DNA of 63,431 nucleotides, the filler included, from Folioceros fuciformis (lineage: Eukaryota): assembly GCA_049999805.1 (NCBI GenBank). It is 5 parts of 5 records of this genome, joined end to end, with 100 filler letters (N's around TTAATTAATTAA, not from the genome) between each part and the next. Parts side by side here need not be neighbours in the genome. Positions count along the whole stretch, not along the records: positions 33,558 to 62,012 come from JBNGIO010003108.1; positions 62,113 to 63,431 come from JBNGIO010003154.1; 3 more parts are not named here. The stretch is one strand, 5' to 3'. Every line of letters starts with the position of its first letter. Position 1 is the first letter of the stretch. The position numbers and the translations under genes are program-made. Of this stretch, positions 59,001 to 63,431 are shown piece by piece. Below the pieces are notes generated by a model that did not search any database, was not told the origin of the DNA, and saw nothing but the letters and a program-made list of their open reading frames with translations.

Positions 59001-59155
59001 ACATCTAGATAATCAAAGTTCCCGTCTAAGATTGTGCGATCCGCATTCCACTTCAGAGGTGTTGTTTTCCTGATCGCTGGCGTGAAAGGATACTGGGTTC
59101 GCAATGGGCTTGTTGGAGTATGGATGCCATCCAAAAGACTAAGACGTACAGGCAA
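56084..59155 (-). mobile_element. DNA transposon DDE transposase (Sola-like), with intron 57762-58128, stops and frameshifts
   Basis: 'ISVDAMDQQKTQLP', 'LYLQLDSTARENKN', 'FLLVGHTHDQVDQMFS', plus Cys motifs 'CCAKQCL' and 'FYQLW..HF.KVRI.K..KF..CTTC'. GT-AG splicing joins 'DKKKQ' to 'EGFESDLKLHR' in frame. Confidence 0.8.
57823..58082. repeat. Array of five 22-bp palindromes, consensus GTGYGCCGGTNNACCGGCGCAC
   Basis: Copies at 57823-57844, 57896-57917, 57969-57990, 58016-58037 and 58061-58082 (the last is a perfect palindrome). Spacers are 51, 51, 25 and 23 nt. Confidence 0.92.
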
Positions 59156-59703
59156 CGTTCGGAAGTCGATGTCGGGACCTTCTGAATCATCGAAAACAAA
59201 GCATCAAGACGCGAACGGAGAAGATCAGACTTTCAACTTTAACAGACAAATGCCCGTCTTCAACCGAAGTTGTTGCCTACCTTGAGAGTTGAACTCCAAT
59301 GTTTTCGTCAGCACCATGTCGCGTGATGAAGAAGCTTGCCAATCCATGCCAATGTCGCACTGATTAACTACAAAGGAGCTTCCTTGCAGGATGCATTCTA
59401 CCGTCACTTACCGATTCATTGAATACAGGTTACGCTGACATAATTAAGCCGCCTTTTCGATATGAACATTTGATCACCATAACAAATAGCTGTTGTTTGT
59501 CAAGAACGGCGCCTATAATCGTTGTTCTGCATAAATGCTGAGAACGTTGTTCAAACACTCTTCCTATTTCAGGCAACACAAATTCAACTTCATAGTTGAC
59601 TTCAAATTTGTTCGTTGAATGCTTAAGCCATTCTTCAGTGCTTCTGCTTCAGCCCAGGTGTTTTGAAGTTTTCTTGTTCCCTTCCTCTCACGCGCAGTCG
59701 AAG

Positions 59704-62012
59704 ATGGCAGCTAGCCGGCGTAATAACAAGCAACTAAATGCCATTGATATGGAAGTATTGGAGGCACCATCAAGGTTGAAGAAACCACGACAGGGGGCGA
59801 AAGCTTTAGCTCACGCTGCATCTGGCCCCATCGTCGAAAGAGAAAACCAGCGGCGACCAGCGATCACAGTAGGCGATGTTACACCACAGCCACCAGCTCT
59901 CACATTGAGGAAAGACAATTCAAGAGGGAGCATCTGTGCCTTGAACAGCAAAGCTAGCGAGGTTCATATTAACCATGTGCCTGTGAATGTGACTCAGGGT
60001 GGCAGCACTGGTGGCAGTCAGAACCACAATATTCCAAAGGCGTACAACTTTGTTGAGCATTTGAAGCTAAAAAAACTTGAAGACACGCTTGCCAAAAGGT
60101 TCAACACAGACAAAGAGTGGTTTTTAGTCATCGAAGAGGAGCCAGAAGACTACAATTTGCCCTAGGTGCCGCTTGTGGCTCTGTGGATTAACGGTTTCCA
60201 AGGCTTGCAGGACAATGAGGCAGGGAGGCCTGGGTGGATTCTCTGTGCATCCGTTGACGGTGTGGAAGACGAAACACACATCAATTTCATCTGCACGCGG
60301 CACCCACCAAGCCATATCACCGATGACTACGATAGCCACAGCCTAATTGTGGTCAATGTTGCAAAAGCTATGCCACGGCGCTGTGAACCGATGTGGCTAA
60401 AAACAGCTTTGAAAGATTGTGTGAATGTGCAAGATGTTAGTATATGATTAGCTGAATGATTTATTTAAGTTTATTATCCAGCAAACCCTAAACCCTAATT
60501 ACTTGCATCCTGTGGGTCGAACAGGAAGGCGAACAGTTCTGTCGAACTGTCTTGTGCTTTATTGTCGATTACGTCCTGAAGAACCGAGCCCTTGCATCCA
60601 AGATCGCCGGAGAGCGCCAACGGATTTCCACCCAAGCAGATTTCGGCGACAGCGTAGGAAGGCAGACGGAGAGGCCGGTGGAGATGCCGCACATGCAGCC
60701 AGAGCTGTCGGAAGACGAGCTGTGTGAGGTGGAGGAGCTGAGCAATGACCAAGAGAAGGAGATGGGTGGTTACTCCTCCACCGACGACAGCCTAAATGAG
60801 GCTTTGGATGCTGCACGAGGCTCAAATGATGAACAAGAAGAAGAAGAGGAGTCACTCGTGGAGGTGACACCACCCATGAAGAAACAGAAGACGGTGCGCC
60901 GGCCTACCGCCGCTCCAGTGCAACGGAAGAAGAAGACAAGCACAACCTCTCCGGCAAGGTCGCGGAAAAGAGCCACAGGTTGGTGTCGTGGTAATCCTTC
61001 TGCAATTTGGTTCTGTCGAATTTGGTTTCCTGTCAAGGAAGGGTAGACATCTGGAGTAACAGCGGATGTGGTTTAGTGGCAGCATCACCCCAGAAGAGGT
61101 AGAATAGGTCGGCAGGTCCTGTCAACGAAGCTTCTGCTAGGCGGAAGCAGAGGCGGCAGGCTCAAGGGCCTACTTTCAAGGAGGAACCGCCCCGAACAGT
61201 GGAGACAAACGCTGAATGGATGGAGAGGGTTGCGTAGGATGAGGACTATCTTAATGCTGTAAGAAGAAAAGCGCATGCGAAAAGGATTCGCTCGACGACA
61301 TTTGATCTTCATGTAGATATTCTCCACCCGGCAAGTTATATAACAGCGGATGCACAGATTCAAGAGGTTGACGAAGCCTAGATGAAGTGCCTGGTTAGGC
61401 AGATGCAGTCAGGGTCTGTGAAGGAAGGTATTTTACCTCTCCTCTGCATGATAGATCCGAAACAGGCTTCTAAGAAAGAAGATGTTTCGCTGGAGAAGAT
61501 CACAGCGCAGGGTTACCAGATGGGAGTGCTTGGAGGCAACCATTGCTTCGCAGCTGTGCAAAAGCTACATCAGATGTACCCAGCAGAGGACAAACACGAG
61601 TGGATGGAAGGGCATGTTTATGCAGGACTGACGGATGAGGAAATGCGAGTCCTCGCAGTGGATCACAACGTTTTTGCAGACAAACGGAAGAGGATGGGCT
61701 TCATCGAGCAAGTACGATACATCCACAGGATATTTTTTACAGGAGCCACGGATTGGACGAGAAGCCACCAGTGAAGTGGAAGTTTAATCTCTACAAGTTG
61801 TTGGGGATGACGGATGAGGCAGGTGACCCACGGGACACTAACTGGGTGCAGAAGATGGTAGATAGGCTGACACTACCATATCGGGTAGCAAGGGTAGTGG
61901 AGTCCTCTGGGAAAATGTTGACAGGATTTTCAAGATGTGGGAGAGGAGCGAGCTTCCTGAACAGGTTGTCGGGTTTTAGATGCTTAGGCAGCGAGCACGA
62001 GAGCGAGATGCA
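59704..62012 (+). pseudogene. Transposon-associated accessory gene with an acidic/basic linker and a ParB/Sulfiredoxin-like domain, disrupted, running into the gap
   Basis: Successive same-strand segments: 59704-60447 (one TAG), 60552-61046 and 61382-61774. Motif 'ILPLLCMID...GVLGGNHCFAAVQKL...HVYAGLTDEEMRVLAVDHN'. Confidence 0.55.
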
Positions 62013-62112
62013 NNNNNNNNNNNNNNNNNNNNNNNNNNNNNNNNNNNNNNNNNNNNTTAATTAATTAANNNNNNNNNNNNNNNNNNNNNNNNNNNNNNNN
62101 NNNNNNNNNNNN
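62013..62112. other. Assembly gap / contig-join spacer
   Basis: 44 N + TTAATTAATTAA + 44 N. Confidence 0.97.
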
Positions 62113-62113
62113 C

Positions 62114-63430
62114 CGTAACCAGATTCTGTTAGGGATGACCCGTAGTATGTTGGAATGGTTGGGTCTTAGCAAAGCATACTGGGCTGAAGCAGTGGTAACG
62201 GCAACTTACATTCTCAATCGTCTTGTGACAAGTGCTGTGGATGGTGCAACCTCCTATGAGGTCATATGGCGAAGAAAGCCGAGTCTACTTCATCTCAGAG
62301 TGTTCGGCTCTCCAGCCTACGCATATGCCCCTGAGGAAAAGAGACACAAGTTAGATGCTCGTGCCAAGCCACGATTGTTTGTTGGTTACAGTGAAGAAGT
62401 AAAGGCGTACAAGCTTTATGATCCCCTTACCAATTGTGCGATGTTCGCCAGGAGTGTCACTTTTCGTGAGCTAACCAGTCCTGCAAAGCCGTATTTTGAT
62501 TCGGTGCCCTATACCCCTTCCAACTTTACTATCACCGACGTTGTTGACGAGGAAGATACATCTGAGTTTCCCCAAGATGATTTTGTGGCTGCAAGCTCGA
62601 AATATCCCCTCGTGTTTGATCCTGCTGTTCAACATGCCCCACCAGGCGATCCAGTTGTTCCCAACGAGGATCCTGCAGCAGATGTTCTTCCAGAATTTGC
62701 TGAGAATGCTCAAGATCAGGCCGGTGCTCCTGCACCTGTCCCAGCACCTACACATGATGAGCAAGCGAATCAGGACATTCCAGACGATATCTCCCAAGCT
62801 TCAGATGTTTCAGTCGACGCCGATTTGTTACCTAAGTTTGCAGTGGAGGCTGAAGATGGCATCCCTATACCCGCTCCACCAGCTGAGCGCAGATATCCCG
62901 TCCGAGAGAGGTTACCACCAACTCAGTGGAAAGAACCTCCATACCAATCAGTCGATTTTCGGCGTCCAAGGGCAGGCCTTTCTCTGAAGGATGCCGCTGA
63001 GGAACTTCCCGTTTTCAAGCCCGAGCCCCGTACTTATACTGAGGCTATCACTGGAGCTGATCAAGCTCATTGGATACCCTCCATCCAAGATGAATACGAT
63101 TCACTTATTAAGAACGATACATGGGAACTTTGCCCTCTGCCTGCAGGACGCAAGGTGGTCAGCTGTAAGTGGGTATTCAAACACAAACTCAATGAGAAAG
63201 GTGAGATTGCCAGATATAAATCCCGTTTTGTCGCTCGAGGCTTCACTCAAATTCCGGGTGTTGATTTCCAGGACACCTTCAGCCCTGTTGTCGAAACACA
63301 ATCCATCAGAATGATACTTGCTCTTCCCGCTGCTCATGCCTGGGATTTGCAGCAGATGGACGTCTGTACTGCGTTTTTGTATGGTGAGCTTGAGGAGGAT
63401 ATCTACATGCAACAGCCCGAGGGTTTTGTT
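62114..63430 (+). mobile_element. Ty1/copia pol (integrase end, SH3-like region, linker, RT start), open frame truncated at both ends
   Basis: 'YWAEAVVTATYILNR', 'HLRVFGS', 'KLDARA...FVGYS', 'EPRTYTEA', 'CKWVFK', 'YKSRFVARGFTQ', 'QMDVCTAFLYGELEEDIYMQQPEGF', all in one frame. Confidence 0.95.
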
Positions 63431-63431
63431 G

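Noticed and set aside
60166-60600. Ulp1-like protease in the transposon accessory gene
   Set aside because: Only vague resemblance; the His-Asp-Cys catalytic motifs are not identifiable.

Overview
Eukaryotic nuclear DNA from a seed-free land plant. The PPR type (P36/long-L37/S31 triplets, PG box reading PGQSWWTDM) points to a hornwort; this is an inference. Four identical 100-bp spacers (44 N + TTAATTAATTAA + 44 N) split the window into five pieces, so adjacency across them is unproven. Bases 1-33.4 kb are a graveyard of nested, decayed retroelements: Ty1/copia, Ty3/gypsy with a TSD-flanked solo LTR, three copies of one L1-like LINE family and a PHD-bearing gypsy remnant. An intronless TGS1 pseudogene also lies there. 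Bases 33.5-53.5 kb are a gene island with IBA57/CAF17 (5 exons), an intronless neprosin and four paralogous PLS-class PPR RNA-editing factors with truncated or decayed DYW domains. Bases 54-62 kb hold a decayed ZNFX1-like helicase and a two-gene DNA transposon. The transposon encodes a Sola-like DDE transposase, whose intron carries an array of 22-bp palindromes, and a divergently transcribed ParB/Srx-like protein. The window ends in an open copia pol frame. Best candidates for novelty: the transposase + ParB-like + palindrome module, a mosaic of PPR fragments inside an LTR-like element, and the modular PPR cluster.
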